From Squalus acanthias (taxonomy: Eukaryota), in contig CM059438.1 in assembly GCA_030390025.1 (NCBI GenBank), positions 62,560,001 through 62,624,000 on the forward strand: a DNA stretch of 64,000 bases, in the 5' to 3' direction. Below the pieces are notes generated by a model. It was given only the letters and a program-made list of their open reading frames with translations. It was not told the DNA's origin and did not search any database. A program made the translations under genes and the position numbers. Positions 62,355-64,000 of the stretch are shown here, one piece after another. Within the stretch, counting starts at the first letter, position 1, and each line of letters starts with the position of its first letter.

Positions 62355-62800
62355 AGGTGAGGATGTTCCCAATGATGGGTGAAACTAGAACTAGGGGACA
62401 TAATCTTAGAATAAGGGGCTGCTCTTTCAAAACTGAGATGAGGAGAAACTTTTTCACTCAGAGGGTAGTGGGTCTGTGGAATTTGCTACCCCAGGAAGCT
62501 GTGGAAGCTACTTCATTAAATAAATTTAAAACAGAAATAGACTGTTTCCTAGAAGTAAAGGGAATCAGGGGTTACGGGGAGCGGGCTGGAAATTGGACAT
62601 GAGTTTGAGTTCGGATCGGTCGAGGCCCTGTGGGTGGCGGAGCGGGCCCAGGGGCCGAGTGGCCTGGTCCTGCTCCTACTTCTTGTGTTCTTTAGAGTTG
62701 AGGTTGGATCAGATCAGCCATGATCACATTGAATGGCGGAGCAGGCTCGAGGGGCCGATTGGTCTACTCCTGCTCCTATTTCTTATGTTCTTATGTTCTT
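62355..62800 (+). mobile_element. CR1 LINE 3' fragment with duplicated 3' tail
   Basis: RMFPMMGETRTRGHNLRI...WNLLPQ; (TTCTTATG)n end. Confidence 0.85.
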
Positions 62801-63139
62801 ATTTCGGTCCTAGAGTGGGGGTTTGAAACGCCAACCTTCCAACTGAGAATCAAGAGTGCTACCGGCTGAGCCAAGCAAGTACTTGTGGATGTTTCACTTA
62901 ATAAGTAGGCGAAGTTCATTTGCGTGCAGATAATACATTGTGGACAAATGACCTGTTGCAAGTTGTGACACTATGGCCCAAGAGTTAGTCAATGCTGGCC
63001 TAGTCAGCCAACTTGCATGAAGAAGGGCATTGGTTTGTGGAATAGGAATCCTGGGGCAGCTGTAGGATTTAAATTTCTGGAATGGGCAATCTTCATCGGA
63101 GGAGGAGTGAGCCAAATAGAATGGCTGAAAAAGTGAAAG

Positions 63140-63350
63140 GAGCACAGCGTTCTGCCAACTTTGGCGATGGCGAGCTGGAGGTACTGCTACAGGAGGCTGG
63201 AAGGAGGACGGAAAGCCTGTTTGGGGGAAGAGGTCTTTTCAAGGAGTGCTGGTAGGATGATGGGAGGTGATGGCATTAGCTGTTAATGCCACCTCCACCA
63301 ATCCCCAAACTTTGGCAGAAAGCTCAATGACCTGAAGAGGATGAGATTGA
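63140..63350 (+). mobile_element. Harbinger-type Myb/SANT domain remnant
   Basis: RSANFGDGELEVLLQEAGRRTESLFGG, then frameshifted WEVMALAVNATS...QKLNDL. Confidence 0.6.
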
Positions 63351-64000
63351 CTACCCACCTCTGCACCAAGGCATCTGGGTGCCCATTTGCATTTAATCCT
63401 TATCATCTATCCACCAGGTAGTACACATCTCTTAGAGTCTCTTCAATGCCTTCCCAAGAACTCTGGAATCTTGGAACACCATCCTACAACTCACACCATT
63501 ATCTCACTCCACCGTCAGCACGCTTTCGGTTCAAAGCACAGATTTCAGTGTCAAATTGCGGCCAGCATTCTTTGCTCCGTCTACTGATCAGCATGGATGT
63601 GTGCTTTCACACGTCTTGCCTTCCCAGGAGAAGGCAGCCTATGATGTAAGTGAGAGGAAGGCAAGGGGGGAAGCAGAGAGGCAGAGAGGCAATCTCTCTG
63701 CCACGTGCTCTTGTTCGGAAACATTGATATGAACCACAGAGCTATTTGAGTGAAGGCCTCAGGATGTGCTGCCACCGCCCTGTCAATGGAAAGCGCTTGC
63801 TTCCCTCCTTAAACTTCTCCGCCTCTCTATCTCTTTCTCCTCCTTTAAGATGCTCCTTAAAACCTACCTCTTTGTCTAAGCTTTTGGTCTCCTGTCCTAA
63901 TATCTCCCTAAGTGGCTCGGTGTCAAATTTTGTTTGATAATCGCTCCAGAGCGATTTGGACAGATTGGGTGATTGGGCGGATAAATGGCAGATGCACTAT

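Overview
A 64-kb, repeat-dense vertebrate window. The mix of CR1 LINEs, Deu-domain tRNA SINEs, Penelope-like elements and Harbinger relics points to a cartilaginous fish (inference). Only one host protein-coding sequence is supportable: an intact, single-coding-exon alpha-1,3-fucosyltransferase most like FUT7 (47486-48541, minus strand). About 14.7 kb (approx. 14.5-29.2 kb, with an 85-N gap) is a C-rich, strand-asymmetric CGATCTCTCCCC satellite, and all the long ORFs there are artefacts. Main observations: (1) Seven minimal type-I hammerhead ribozyme cores. Six belong to one short, apparently non-coding Penelope-derived family with compensatory stem-I changes. Three of those insertions have clear target-site duplications (TSDs) and two are fold-back hairpins. 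(2) The satellite and a second CGATC-core array each lie next to the same conserved motif inside Harbinger-like MITEs, suggesting a transposon-borne satellite seed. (3) A CpG-rich ~1.7-kb solo LTR (TGTAA...TTACA, 4-bp TSD TTCT) that is only visible once a nested ribozyme hairpin is removed. (4) Degenerate Harbinger elements with Myb/SANT and nuclease remnants. Boundaries of old repeats are approximate and no database search was run.
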